Positions 8,617-17,040 of a stretch of 32,000 nucleotides of DNA are shown piece after piece (the stretch's first letter is position 1; each line of letters starts with the position of its first letter). The notes below the pieces were generated by a model, which worked only from the letters and a program-made list of their open reading frames with translations, was not told where the DNA came from and searched no databases. The position numbers and the translations under genes were made by a program. Origin of the DNA: a virus; IMG/VR virus record IMGVR_UViG_3300045988_183628, positions 13,454 to 45,453 of that record. One strand, written 5' to 3'.

Positions 8617-8645
8617 TTGACTTTGTATTCTACACATTGTATAAT
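8617..8645 (+). promoter_or_regulatory. Sigma70-type promoter
   Basis: TTGACT - 17 nt - TATAAT. Confidence 0.8.
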
Positions 8646-8680
8646 ATAGACACTGAATTTGATGAAAGGAAAATTGCACG

Positions 8681-8800
8681 ATGTTTGCTGCTATGATGAA
8701 CAAACAGAATAAATTGCAAAAGCTGTGGAGCAATTGGAATCTCTTCGGCTGTTTTGTGTTGTCTGTTTGTGCAAATCATAGTGCAGTGATGGTTGAATAA
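8681..8800 (+). CDS. Small ORF (39 aa) downstream of a strong promoter
   Basis: RBS gaaagga; MFAAMMNKQNKLQKLWSNWNLFGCFVLSVCANHSAVMVE; below the ORF-track size limit. Confidence 0.4.
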   Translation: MFAAMMNKQNKLQKLWSNWNLFGCFVLSVCANHSAVMVE

Positions 8801-8977
8801 AATCATCCAAGTATCGGTTGTTTTCCATACTCTGCACGATATGAGCACCTGTCAGACGCACAACGCCTGATGGGTGCTTTTTTGATGCAGAAAATCAGAA
8901 TCAGGTCACTCTAATGCCGCTGGAGTGAATTCCAGCCAGGCTTATTAAAGTGTATGCTATTATACATAATGTATATT

Positions 8978-9051
8978 CGAGGATTCGCCAAACGGTAAGG
9001 CATCAGGCTTTCACCCTGACAACGGTTGTTCGACTCGACCATTCTCGGCCA
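8978..9051 (+). tRNA. tRNA-Glu(TTC)-like
   Basis: Acceptor CGAGGAT/ATTCTCG, TCAGG-CTTTCAC-CCTGA, T arm GGTTG-TTCGACT-CGACC, CCA. Confidence 0.75.
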
Positions 9052-9131
9052 ACGCTCACTTTCATGCGCATCGGAAGTGAGATTCCTCAAAGCTGTGTTC
9101 CCATAAGCAAGGCACGGAAGATGCGCGACAA

Positions 9132-9207
9132 GTGCTCGTAACTCAATCGGTAGAGTACCCGACTTTTAATCGGGGTGTTCGGGATTCGATTTCCCGCGAG
9201 CGCACCA
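9132..9207 (+). tRNA. tRNA-Lys(TTT)
   Basis: CCCGA-CTTTTAA-TCGGG; CCA. Confidence 0.95.
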
Positions 9208-9238
9208 TGCCCGGCAGAGCATTATCTGCCACTTTTGT

Positions 9239-9314
9239 GGGTGTATAGCTCAGTAGGCAGAGCGGCGGACCGTTAATCCGTGGGCCGCAGGTTCAAACCC
9301 TGCTACGCCCGCCA
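9239..9314 (+). tRNA. tRNA-Asn(GTT)
   Basis: GCGGA-CCGTTAA-TCCGT; CCA. Confidence 0.93.
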
Positions 9315-9317
9315 TAA

Positions 9318-9395
9318 GCTCCTCTGGTGAAATTGGCAGACACAGTGCGCTCAAACCGCACCGTTTTGAGGGTTCGAATCCCTCGGGGAGTACCA
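9318..9395 (+). tRNA. tRNA-Leu(CAA) with short variable region
   Basis: GTGCG-CTCAAAC-CGCAC; Leu-type D arm; CCA. Confidence 0.85.
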
Positions 9396-9424
9396 TGTCC
9401 GGCAGTACAACAACTGCCATTTAT

Positions 9425-9500
9425 GGGTTGTTAGCTCAGCTGGTAGAGCAACGGACCGTTAATCCGTGGGCCGCAGGTTCAAACCCTGTACAACCCGCCA
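9425..9500 (+). tRNA. tRNA-Asn(GTT), second copy
   Basis: ACGGA-CCGTTAA-TCCGT; CCA. Confidence 0.93.
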
Positions 9501-9503
9501 TAT

Positions 9504-9578
9504 GCTCCAGTGGCGAAACTGGCAAACGCGGCGGCTTTAAGTCCCGTTTTACTCTGGGTTCGACTCCCAGCTGGAGTA
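9504..9578 (+). tRNA. tRNA-Leu(TAA), short variable region, CCA not encoded
   Basis: Acceptor GCTCCAG/CTGGAGT; GCGGC-TTTAAGT-CCCGT (31-39 mismatch); T arm CTGGG/CCCAG. Confidence 0.75.
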
Positions 9579-9585
9579 TCTATAT

Positions 9586-9661
9586 AGGGGTGTAGCTCAA
9601 GTGGTAGAGCAGCGGTCTCCAAAACCGCTTGTTGCATGTTCGAGTCGTGTTACCCCTGCCA
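9586..9661 (+). tRNA. tRNA-Trp(CCA)
   Basis: GCGGT-CTCCAAA-ACCGC; encoded 3' CCA. Confidence 0.93.
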
Positions 9662-9671
9662 CAATAAGAAA

Positions 9672-9701
9672 AGCCGTCCTCACATAAGAGGCGGCTTTTT
9701 G
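9672..9701 (+). terminator. Rho-independent terminator
   Basis: AGCCGTCCTC-acataa-GAGGCGGCT plus T run. Confidence 0.85.
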
Positions 9702-9805
9702 TTTTGGAGAGTATACAGACCAAAAAACTAAACCACAAGTTGATTGCAGATGTGCAAAAACATGGTATAATAATATCAGAACGAAACGAAAGGAGATACC
9801 CCAAA

Positions 9806-9946
9806 ATGCTGTGCAACACTGTTAATGTCATGTCGTATGAGTATAGTTACGAATATTCTGAGTTCATGTCCTTTGAACGCAGTTTTATTTCTCATACTCC
9901 TCGACAGGCAAAAACAGACCATGTACAGATGCGGTGCGTCTTCTAA
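9806..9946 (+). CDS. Small ORF (46 aa)
   Basis: gaaaggag RBS and TATAAT box upstream; rich in SYEYSYEYSE. Confidence 0.45.
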   Translation: MLCNTVNVMSYEYSYEYSEFMSFERSFISHTPRQAKTDHVQMRCVF

Positions 9947-10031
9947 GCGATAACTGCATGTCATAGCTGCTTGTCGAGATTTCGGCAGGCAGCTTTTTTG
10001 TTGCCTGCAATACAGAAAGGCAGCAAGAAAA

Positions 10032-10253
10032 ATGAACGTTCCTACTATTGATATCCAGCAGACAGGTGCCAATATCAAGGCCCTGCGAAAGGCAGCAGGC
10101 ATCAAGGTGAAGGATGTGGCAGACATGCTCGGTGTATCTCCGCAGGCGGTTGCTAAATGGCAAGCCGGAACAGCGCTTCCCACCATCGATAACCTCGTGA
10201 TATTAGCAGCAATGCTCGATACGAAAATTGATGACATCCTTGTCATCGCATAA
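10032..10253 (+). CDS. XRE-family HTH transcriptional regulator
   Basis: IKALRKAAGIKVKDVADMLGVSPQAVAKWQAGTALPTIDNLVILAAML. Confidence 0.9.
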   Translation: MNVPTIDIQQTGANIKALRKAAGIKVKDVADMLGVSPQAVAKWQAGTALPTIDNLVILAAMLDTKIDDILVIA

Positions 10254-10282
10254 ACCCTCGCCGCAGGATTGCGGCTATATAT

Positions 10283-10362
10283 GGCCCGTTGGACGAATTG
10301 GTAGAGTTGCCGCCCTTTCACGGCGGAGGTTATTGTGGGTTCGAAACCCACACGGGTCACCA
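10283..10362 (+). tRNA. tRNA-Glu(TTC)
   Basis: CCGCC-CTTTCAC-GGCGG; CCA. Confidence 0.92.
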
Positions 10363-10363
10363 T

Positions 10364-10439
10364 GCTTCTGTAGCTCAACAGGTAGAGCAGTGGTCTGAAG
10401 AGCCACGTGCAGCTGGTTCGAATCCAGCCGGGAGCACCA
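10364..10439 (+). tRNA. tRNA-Phe(GAA)
   Basis: GTGGT-CTGAAGA-GCCAC; CCA. Confidence 0.94.
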
Positions 10440-10462
10440 CGAGGCTTAATGCCTCCTTATAT

Positions 10463-10547
10463 GTGCCGGTATGCAAGCGGTCAAAGCAAACTGTCTGTAA
10501 AACAGGTCTGTTACAGTTCGTAGGTTCGAATCCTACCCGGCACACCA
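10463..10547 (+). tRNA. tRNA-Tyr(GTA)
   Basis: Class II tRNA; loop CTGTAAA; acceptor GTGCCGG/CCGGCAC; CCA. Confidence 0.93.
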
Positions 10548-10550
10548 TAA

Positions 10551-10624
10551 GGCCCTTTCGACAAGTTGGTCTAAGTCGCCAGCCTCTCAAGCTGGAGTCG
10601 GCAGTTCGAGTCTGCCAGGGGTCA
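10551..10624 (+). tRNA. tRNA-Glu(CTC), CCA not encoded
   Basis: CCAGC-CTCTCAA-GCTGG; acceptor GGCCCTT/AGGGGTC. Confidence 0.85.
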
Positions 10625-10655
10625 TACAAGCACCTATGTGAAAAAGGTGCATTAT

Positions 10656-10745
10656 GCAGAGGTCGCCTAACGGTAGGGCAGCAGCTTGCTAAGCTGCCGT
10701 CGCGGAAATCGCGGCATGTGAGTTCGAATCTCACCCTCTGCGCCA
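10656..10745 (+). tRNA. tRNA-Ser(GCT)
   Basis: Class II; GCAGC-TTGCTAA-GCTGC; CCA. Confidence 0.93.
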
Positions 10746-10748
10746 TCT

Positions 10749-10836
10749 GCTTGCTTGTTCGAGTGGTTGATGAAATCGGTCCAGAAAACCGACGATGGGA
10801 GACTGTCCGAAGGTTCGAATCCTTCAGCAAGCGCCA
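10749..10836 (+). tRNA. tRNA-Ser(AGA)-like, C at position 33
   Basis: Class II; acceptor GCTTGCT/AGCAAGC; TCGGT-CCAGAAA-ACCGA; CCA. Confidence 0.8.
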
Positions 10837-11195
10837 CTGCCCTCATTCTGTGCGGTATCCGTGCAGGTGAGGGCTTTTTCTTTTGCTTTTCGCTTCGAAT
10901 TTCGGACTCGAATGGCGTTAATGGTCGGATATTCTTGATTATACATGCCTTTGCTGTATGGCAAATAGCTCCAAACAGTATTGGTTTTTACACCCAATTC
11001 TTCTGCAATTTCAGGAACTGACATACCGTTCGCACGCAGCTTCCCGATTTTTTCTGATGTTTCATCTGACCAGGCCCCGGCCGTAATCAGTATTTTGCGC
11101 ACTTTCTGCAATGAGATGCCTGCACGTTTGGAAATGGTTCTTCTAGGTATACCTTGCTCATGGAGCCGGAGAACCGTCTGCATTGTCGCGTCCAT
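10824..11195 (-). CDS. HTH DNA-binding protein with two HTH units; only convincing minus-strand gene here
   Basis: RRTISKRAGISLQKVRKIL, MSVPEIAEELGVKTNTVWSYLPYSKGMYN. Confidence 0.75.
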   Translation of the reverse strand: MDATMQTVLRLHEQGIPRRTISKRAGISLQKVRKILITAGAWSDETSEKIGKLRANGMSVPEIAEELGVKTNTVWSYLPYSKGMYNQEYPTINAIRVRNSKRKAKEKALTCTDTAQNEGSGAC

Positions 11196-11336
11196 TTGTC
11201 AGTACCTCGCCGTTATCGATTTTTGTATTGCCCTAATTGTTGTACTTTAATCATACAGCAAAGCAACAAAATTGTCCAGGAAGCAAAAGTGCCTTCATTT
11301 GCCACTGATTCATCTATGAAATTTGAAGGCAGAGTA

Positions 11337-11367
11337 CCCCGTCTATAGCCGTTGGGCTTAGGCGGGG
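11337..11367 (+). repeat. Transposon-end-like hairpin (family 1, copy A)
   Basis: CCCCGTCTATAGCC-GTTG-GGCTTAGGCGGGG. Confidence 0.65.
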
Positions 11368-11422
11368 GAGAATGTCAATTGCAAAAGAATGTGTATAAAC
11401 TGTTACCATTTAACGCTTTCCG

Positions 11423-11451
11423 TTGTGAGAAATTGCGAATCGCGGTATAAT
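11423..11451 (+). promoter_or_regulatory. TGCGA-class promoter
   Basis: TTGTGA-GAAAT-TGCGA-ATCGCGG-TATAAT. Confidence 0.75.
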
Positions 11452-11483
11452 TAAAGTGTAGAAAATGAAAGGATTTTTGCCGT

Positions 11484-12155
11484 ATGTACATTGATTTCAC
11501 GAGCAAGCAGCACTCTTTCATCCTGCACGCTCTTGCTGTTATGATAACGTTTTATAGCAACGATTTTTCCTCTATCTGCAAAGAGGTTGGAGAGGCTTAT
11601 GGAGCAAGCGAAGCAGACATTGCAAGTGCTTGCGCTGCTCTGACAGCTGTAAACGTAACGGCACCTGTCAAAAGTTTATCTAACAAGTGCAGCGACATTC
11701 TAGAAGATATACTGCATCATGCACGGGAACTGCCGGGAAAGGACGCTCCATATAAATACAGTGTTAGCTTAGATGTCTCTTCCTGGAAAGCCGTTGCCGA
11801 TGCGTTGGATACATACTCTCGTGTTTTGATGGGTCAATTTGGCGTCATCTATGAAGCACTTGATATTTCTGGTAACGATGAGCAGCACCTTCAGGCGTAC
11901 CATGATGCCCGCTGGAATGGAGTAGGTATCATTGAAACCCGAGACCTTCTGATTCCACAGCTTAAAAAGATTGGCGTTGGCTGGAACGGAAACTTTGGTA
12001 TTTCCAATTCAGGACTCGCTTATAACAGCAAACTGGCATATGAGATTCTCAAGACAATTCGATACGCGACAGAGAAACGAGATAGCTCCGTTCTGAAAGT
12101 CACAGACGAGCCATTGCCGCGTGCTGAAGGTTCTTTCCAAATCAAAGCACTGTGA
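11484..12155 (+). CDS. Hypothetical protein (223 aa)
   Basis: Long ORF just downstream of a promoter. Confidence 0.75.
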   Translation: MYIDFTSKQHSFILHALAVMITFYSNDFSSICKEVGEAYGASEADIASACAALTAVNVTAPVKSLSNKCSDILEDILHHARELPGKDAPYKYSVSLDVSSWKAVADALDTYSRVLMGQFGVIYEALDISGNDEQHLQAYHDARWNGVGIIETRDLLIPQLKKIGVGWNGNFGISNSGLAYNSKLAYEILKTIRYATEKRDSSVLKVTDEPLPRAEGSFQIKAL

Positions 12156-12177
12156 ACAAGATTGGAGGTTTTCCGGG

Positions 12178-12390
12178 GTGGGCGACCACATCATTTCTTT
12201 CTTAGATATCTGCGCAATGCGCGGTCAGCTGGTTTTGGCAAAGGCACCGTCCATCCCGGCTATCAATAACAAAACTGTGTATTGTACCGGCGCTCACAAG
12301 CGCGGAGCGGACCGCTGCATTGTCCTTGACGGCGAGGAGTACAGCCAGATTCTTTTTGTTGACGGAACAATAAAACTGTATTGGCAGTGA
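12178..12390 (+). CDS. Hypothetical protein (GTG start)
   Basis: RBS ggagg upstream; internal start of the 12121 ORF. Confidence 0.6.
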   Translation: MGDHIISFLDICAMRGQLVLAKAPSIPAINNKTVYCTGAHKRGADRCIVLDGEEYSQILFVDGTIKLYWQ

Positions 12391-12399
12391 GGTATCATT

Positions 12400-13476
12400 G
12401 TGGACAATATCATTGTGAACAGCGCTCTTTGGTATGCCGAGCAGAGCAGTCAGTTTCTTTTGAATTCTGGGGCCAACAAGCTGCTGGATAAGGGCTATGA
12501 CTATTATGTGAAAGAATTTATTCCGCTTGGGCACCGCCTTATCCAAAACGGTCAGATTGCCGCCGATGCGATGGATGGGGAACTTGCCGCACAATTTTCG
12601 ATGGCATACGTCGCAAACTATTGGCGTGCAGCAAAAACCGTATATAATTTTGCGCCGGAGTTTCTCAGAACATTGGCTGAGACTGAGGACGCACCTATTT
12701 ATTCTGACATTATGATGCGGTTGCCATACAGAGATTTTGTCATGAATCTGCCCACTGGCTCTCATCATGATGCGATGTTCGTACACATTGAATTCGATGC
12801 TTCCCACGGGCCAAATGATGTGGATACGCTCTTCCTGATTGTTCCTTTTAAGGCGAACCCGAATGTCGATAACATCGAACTTTGCCAGTGCATGCAGTGG
12901 TGTCTCAACGGCAAAAAGCTGATTGAATCTTATCGGCGCAACAATGATGCTCGCGAGCAGGCATTTCAGAACGGAACTGATTCTGCAACTGTCAATGACG
13001 CCACGGTTTCAAACGTACCAGGTGCCGTTCTCAGCGAGGAAGAGCTGCAAAAGCAGCGAGAATTCAACGCCGGTATTGAGCCGTATCTTCGTATCGCGGT
13101 CTCTGCCGCTTATTATCTTGCATCAAAAAACGCAGAAATCAAAGAGGTAAAAATCCCGAAAGAGAAGCGGCCCGTCCTTGTTTCCAAACCCGGTGCTACT
13201 CCTAAAAAAGTAAATGTCAAAACTTACAATGTGGGCTTTGTAATCGGCAAGAGCTTTGAAATGCAGCTGGTTTCCGGTGCAGAATATCAGAAATCCACAG
13301 CAACTGGCACAGGCCGTACGGTCAGACCACATGTCCGCCGTGCTCATTGGCACCACTACTGGGTTGGAGAAGGTCGAACTCGCTTAGAAGTCCGCTGGAT
13401 TGAGCCAACTTTTGTGCTGCCGGAAGGGAAACGTGAGATAAAAATTGCAACAGTAAGACGCGTCATGGGCACTTAA
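12400..13476 (+). CDS. Putative AcrVA2-like family protein (358 aa)
   Basis: C-terminal RPHVRRAHWHHYWVGEGRTRLEVRWIEPTFV resembles the remembered AcrVA2-type C-terminus (RPHxRRxHWHxYWxGxG...RWxPxxFV). Confidence 0.6.
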   Translation: MDNIIVNSALWYAEQSSQFLLNSGANKLLDKGYDYYVKEFIPLGHRLIQNGQIAADAMDGELAAQFSMAYVANYWRAAKTVYNFAPEFLRTLAETEDAPIYSDIMMRLPYRDFVMNLPTGSHHDAMFVHIEFDASHGPNDVDTLFLIVPFKANPNVDNIELCQCMQWCLNGKKLIESYRRNNDAREQAFQNGTDSATVNDATVSNVPGAVLSEEELQKQREFNAGIEPYLRIAVSAAYYLASKNAEIKEVKIPKEKRPVLVSKPGATPKKVNVKTYNVGFVIGKSFEMQLVSGAEYQKSTATGTGRTVRPHVRRAHWHHYWVGEGRTRLEVRWIEPTFVLPEGKREIKIATVRRVMGT

Positions 13477-13487
13477 AGGAGATTCAT

Positions 13488-14024
13488 ATGAAAGCAAACT
13501 ACAAAGTAATCGCAAACAAGCAGAAAATTCTTGAAAAAGAAATTGAAAATTTCGAGCCAACATCAACAATGTCAGTGCTTCTGATGCGCTACAGCATCAT
13601 ACAAGGGCTACTCCAGGTTAAACTGAACGAAAAAGACGCGAATGGTAGCCCTAACATCAGCCCTTCCGATATGGCATACGATATGACTACATTTTTTAGC
13701 GATGCCGTCAATACTGCGGCCGATGATTTCACAGATGATGATGACGACCGCACAATAAAATTTGATGGCACCGTTGATGAATTCCGGCAAGAACTGGCTA
13801 ATCGGGTTCTGATAACACTCAGCCTGGCGTTTGAACATGAATTCATAAATTTTACAGAACAAACCGGGATTACCCGCGCCCAGTATGAGATTCTTGCCGC
13901 TGAATACATCGCCCACGCTGAAGATGATGGCAGCAAAGTATCCGAAATGTTCAAAGGTGACGATTCTGAAAAAACCAAGCCCAAAGGTTGGACCAGCGCC
14001 ACACCACAAAACAGACGAAGCTAA
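13488..14024 (+). CDS. Hypothetical acidic protein
   Basis: ORF with RBS aaaggag. Confidence 0.8.
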   Translation: MKANYKVIANKQKILEKEIENFEPTSTMSVLLMRYSIIQGLLQVKLNEKDANGSPNISPSDMAYDMTTFFSDAVNTAADDFTDDDDDRTIKFDGTVDEFRQELANRVLITLSLAFEHEFINFTEQTGITRAQYEILAAEYIAHAEDDGSKVSEMFKGDDSEKTKPKGWTSATPQNRRS

Positions 14025-14034
14025 AAAAGCCACT

Positions 14035-14062
14035 TGCACGAATGTGCGAACCGCCTAAAATA
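14035..14062 (+). promoter_or_regulatory. TGCGA-class promoter
   Basis: TTGCAC-GAATG-TGCGA-ACCGCC-TAAAAT. Confidence 0.75.
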
Positions 14063-14127
14063 ATAATTGCATAACAGATACCATCACTTACCTCCTAACT
14101 GAACATTAACAATCTGTCATGCTTGTA

Positions 14128-14162
14128 AGCAGACTCTCTTTTGAGGGCCTGCTTCTTTTTTT
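14128..14162 (+). terminator. Leader terminator/attenuator-like hairpin
   Basis: AGCAGACTCTCTTTTGAGGGCCTGCT + T-rich tract, between promoter and gene. Confidence 0.65.
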
Positions 14163-14208
14163 GTATGTATTGATTAGAAACAAAATTATTTTAGAAAGGA
14201 TGAATACC

Positions 14209-14448
14209 ATGACGAATACCAAAAACAGCTTCACCAGGTTCGCAGCTGCCGCAAAAGATTGCTTCTATGTGAACTCTTTTCGAGCAGACTTAGTTCAGTG
14301 CGACAGGGCCTTGAAAATGGACGGTGAAATGCGCGTCGAAGCGGAATGCTGGATGAACATTTTGGATGCCCTGGACGATAACGACATCAAGATGTATGTC
14401 GATAACGAATACCGTCCCGGACTTTTGAACCCGTTCCATAAATGGTAA
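14209..14448 (+). CDS. Small protein, paralogue of 30416-30661
   Basis: SFRADLVQCDRALKMDGEMRVEAECWMNILDALDDNDIKMYVDNEYRPGLLNPF; RBS agaaagga; alternative ATG 14200. Confidence 0.8.
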   Translation: MTNTKNSFTRFAAAAKDCFYVNSFRADLVQCDRALKMDGEMRVEAECWMNILDALDDNDIKMYVDNEYRPGLLNPFHKW

Positions 14449-14601
14449 CGTTCCCAAAAAAACAAATGAATCACAACCCATTACTCATGCGGTAGGGCAG
14501 CATTGCTGTTCTGCCGCTATTTTTGTTTTTGATGTCGGTTACGTTATCGGGAAAAGCTTTGAGCAGCAAATGCGTTCTGCTAATGCAACCTGTGCCGAAA
14601 G

Positions 14602-14785
14602 CTTTTCCCATTGTGGCAGCAGTCACAGCGTTCGCCCTTATGTGCGCCGCGCTCACTGGCATCATTACTGGGTCGGGGAAGGCCGCACAAGACTCGGAGT
14701 CCGTTGGATTGAACCGGCCTTGGTTCTTACCAACAGCAAAAACGAAGCCGATGCGGCTATTGTAAGAAACGTGAAAGGAGCATGA
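14602..14785 (+). pseudogene. Degraded duplicate of the C-terminus of the AcrVA2-like gene
   Basis: VRPYVRRAHWHHYWVGEGRTRLGVRWIEPALVL versus VRPHVRRAHWHHYWVGEGRTRLEVRWIEPTFVL; nucleotide similarity also visible. Confidence 0.7.
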
Positions 14786-15270
14786 CAATGCTTAATCCAA
14801 ATATCAATAATGCTCTCGAAACCAATTCAAGCAAAGCGGTGCTTCTCAGCATCAAAAAGCAATGGCTTGAAAAGATTCTGAGCGGAGAAAAGACCATTGA
14901 GGTCCGAAAAACCATGCCGTGGGAAATCAGCTATCCTTTTGTGGTGTTTTGCTACGAGACAAAAGCTGATGGTGGTGCCGGAAAAGTAACTGCTGCATTT
15001 GTTTGCCGAGACATCGATACGCTCGACTGTCTGCGTGAACTCCCGGCATATGCTATTGGCACAAAAGTAACCGAAAAGACCGCTCGATTCGTCAAGGATA
15101 GCTGCCTTACCGCAAACGAGCTGATTGCATACGGCAATAAGTCTGGCACTCTATATGGTTGGAACGTCTCTGACATCCAATCTATGGATATGTCACTACG
15201 AGAGCTTGGCGTTAAGCGAGCACCACAGTCCTGGATGTATCTGCAAGTTCCCAACGACAAGACGTTCTGA
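14782..15270 (+). CDS. ASCH/PUA-like domain protein
   Basis: VLLSIKKQWLEKILSGEKTIEVRKTMP. Confidence 0.75.
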   Translation: MTMLNPNINNALETNSSKAVLLSIKKQWLEKILSGEKTIEVRKTMPWEISYPFVVFCYETKADGGAGKVTAAFVCRDIDTLDCLRELPAYAIGTKVTEKTARFVKDSCLTANELIAYGNKSGTLYGWNVSDIQSMDMSLRELGVKRAPQSWMYLQVPNDKTF

Positions 15271-15348
15271 ACGATGCCTGTTGGGGCTGGCTGCATGTGC
15301 GGACCAAGCAAAACATCTACTGCACGATAGAATAAATCGTGCAAACAA

Positions 15349-15383
15349 AGCAGACTCTCAATTCTTGAGGGCCTGCTATTTTT
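15349..15383 (+). terminator. Leader terminator/attenuator-like hairpin
   Basis: AGCAGACTCTCAATTCTTGAGGGCCTGCT + T run. Confidence 0.65.
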
Positions 15384-15403
15384 TATTTCAGGAGGAAATA
15401 ACC

Positions 15404-15943
15404 GTGATTCTTTATCATATCATGGCAGACACCGGATGCCTGCCGGACGATGTTGTTCCGCAGATACCAACGAATCGGATGAAAGGGGAGGACCAGGAAA
15501 TCCCAAGAATTTGTCTTGGGCATACCCTTGACGACTGCCTGACCAGCATCGGCATTGCGCATTTTGTCTCAAAATTCCTGCTCGCTGAGCTGCGTCAGAA
15601 CAAAAAATACTCCAAGGACATGCCGTTACCGTTCATTGTCCGAATGTACAACATCAAGGACGAAGACCCGAATCTCTTAACTGAGGAAGAAACACAGAAA
15701 TATGTGGCGGATTCTGTCGTGACCAGTGAATGCTGGCTCACAAGATATGAGAAGCCTGTCAAAGTCCAAAAGCTCTGGCTTGTGGGTGGTGAAGTTGTTC
15801 TTTGGCCCTATATCGTTGACGGCGTCGTGTACGATTACCCAATCGTCCGTAACTCAATTTGGGCAGACAGCAAAACCTTGCCGGACCCGGAATTTCAGAA
15901 TCAAATCATGGATATCACTCAGAAATGGCTTAACGAAGCCTGA
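15404..15943 (+). CDS. Hypothetical protein (GTG start)
   Basis: RBS aggagg upstream of GTG; internal start of the 15125 ORF. Confidence 0.75.
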   Translation: MILYHIMADTGCLPDDVVPQIPTNRMKGEDQEIPRICLGHTLDDCLTSIGIAHFVSKFLLAELRQNKKYSKDMPLPFIVRMYNIKDEDPNLLTEEETQKYVADSVVTSECWLTRYEKPVKVQKLWLVGGEVVLWPYIVDGVVYDYPIVRNSIWADSKTLPDPEFQNQIMDITQKWLNEA

Positions 15944-15965
15944 AAAAGAAGCACATCAAAAGCTC

Positions 15966-15993
15966 TTGCACATCCTTGCGAATTCCATAGTAT
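15966..15993 (+). promoter_or_regulatory. TGCGA-class promoter
   Basis: TTGCAC-ATCCT-TGCGA-ATTCCA-TAGTAT. Confidence 0.65.
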
Positions 15994-16000
15994 TAAAGTT

Positions 16001-16103
16001 GTACGACAGATAACATCTACTTTGCACACCGCGTGCTCGTACAATTCATAATTCTGTTCTCATTCAAGGCAGACTCATCTTCATGATGGGCCTGCCTTTT
16101 TTT
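16001..16103 (+). promoter_or_regulatory. Structured 5' leader with terminator-like hairpin
   Basis: GTACGA...TCGTAC stem enclosing GCAC..GTGC, then AGGCAGACTCATCTTCATGATGGGCCTGCCT + T run. Confidence 0.65.
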
Positions 16104-16195
16104 GTTTACAGAAAAAGGAGGAATTCAAAACAAACCACAAATCTCAAATCACAATCTTCCGCTACAAGGAAAAGACACAAAAAAGGAGTCACAAA

Positions 16196-17023
16196 ATGAA
16201 AGTCGAAAAGAATAATAACAGCATTTTTCGGAACAAGCATGTCCTGGTTGTCGTCGCGGTGATGTGTATTTTTACCATCATCGCCTGCATGGGTTTTATG
16301 CTTTCTGTTCCTGCACACGCAGAGGAAAACATAGCTCCCAAAACCGAACCTATCGCTTTTTCCACTCCCATTGAAACGGTGAATGAGCTCGATAAAGCGT
16401 TCCCGATAACGGAAACTTCCGAAGAAGCACAGGAGGAAATTACAACTGCTGAGGTCGAATCTTCCGATGCTGCAGAACCGGAACCACGGATTGAGACCGC
16501 AGAAGCAGCCATCGAAGAAGCTGAACCGAAACCCGAAACAATTCCAGATAATCTCAACGACAATGAGCTTGAAATCTACACAGCTCTGCGGTCCGCTGGC
16601 CTTTCAAAGGCCGGTACTGCCGCAGTGATGGGCTGCATGTCGATGGAAAGCGGTCTTAAAGCCTCGGCCGAAAACCCTTCGGATGGCGGCTATGGACTCC
16701 TGCAATGGACTTATAGCCGAAAGACAGACCTTTTCAACTGGTGTTATGGCAATGGCTATGACCCCAACACCGTTACGGGACAGGTGATGTTCTTCGTGTA
16801 TGAGCTCAATAGCACATACAGCAAGGCCGCCAAATACTCGTATCCGGTGTACGAAACTCTTACTACAAGCGACAGCCTGGAAGATTGCCTTTCGATGTTC
16901 TTCTCCCATATGGAAGCAGGAACCAACGTGATAATCTCATCCCGCAAAGTCTATGCAGGAGGGCTGACCACGTTAGACCTGTACCGCAAACGCTTAACTG
17001 CCGCTTACAAATACTTCATTTGA
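16196..17023 (+). CDS. Membrane-anchored phage-tail-type lysozyme
   Basis: N-terminal TM segment, Glu/Ala-rich linker, GLSKAGTAAVMGCMSMESGLKASAENPSDGGYGLLQWTYSRKTDL. Confidence 0.85.
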   Translation: MKVEKNNNSIFRNKHVLVVVAVMCIFTIIACMGFMLSVPAHAEENIAPKTEPIAFSTPIETVNELDKAFPITETSEEAQEEITTAEVESSDAAEPEPRIETAEAAIEEAEPKPETIPDNLNDNELEIYTALRSAGLSKAGTAAVMGCMSMESGLKASAENPSDGGYGLLQWTYSRKTDLFNWCYGNGYDPNTVTGQVMFFVYELNSTYSKAAKYSYPVYETLTTSDSLEDCLSMFFSHMEAGTNVIISSRKVYAGGLTTLDLYRKRLTAAYKYFI

Positions 17024-17040
17024 ATTAGGAGGAAGTCACA

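Noticed and set aside
9504-9578. Reading the anticodon as TTA (ochre suppressor)
   Set aside because: That register gives a poorly paired anticodon stem; the TAA (Leu) register pairs 4 of 5 and keeps U33.
9395-9595. Plus-strand ORF across 9395-9595, and similar ORFs at 5477 (N-terminal part), 9776 (-), 10289, 10375 (-), 7606 (-)
   Set aside because: Translations of tRNA genes (GLLAQLVEQRTVNPWAAGSNPVQPA, RVGFEPT etc.).
9900-9946. Possible CTA-anticodon (amber suppressor) tRNA near cttctaag, also ctctaa at 7603 and 8910
   Set aside because: Flanking bases do not form an anticodon stem or cloverleaf; no suppressor tRNA found in this window.
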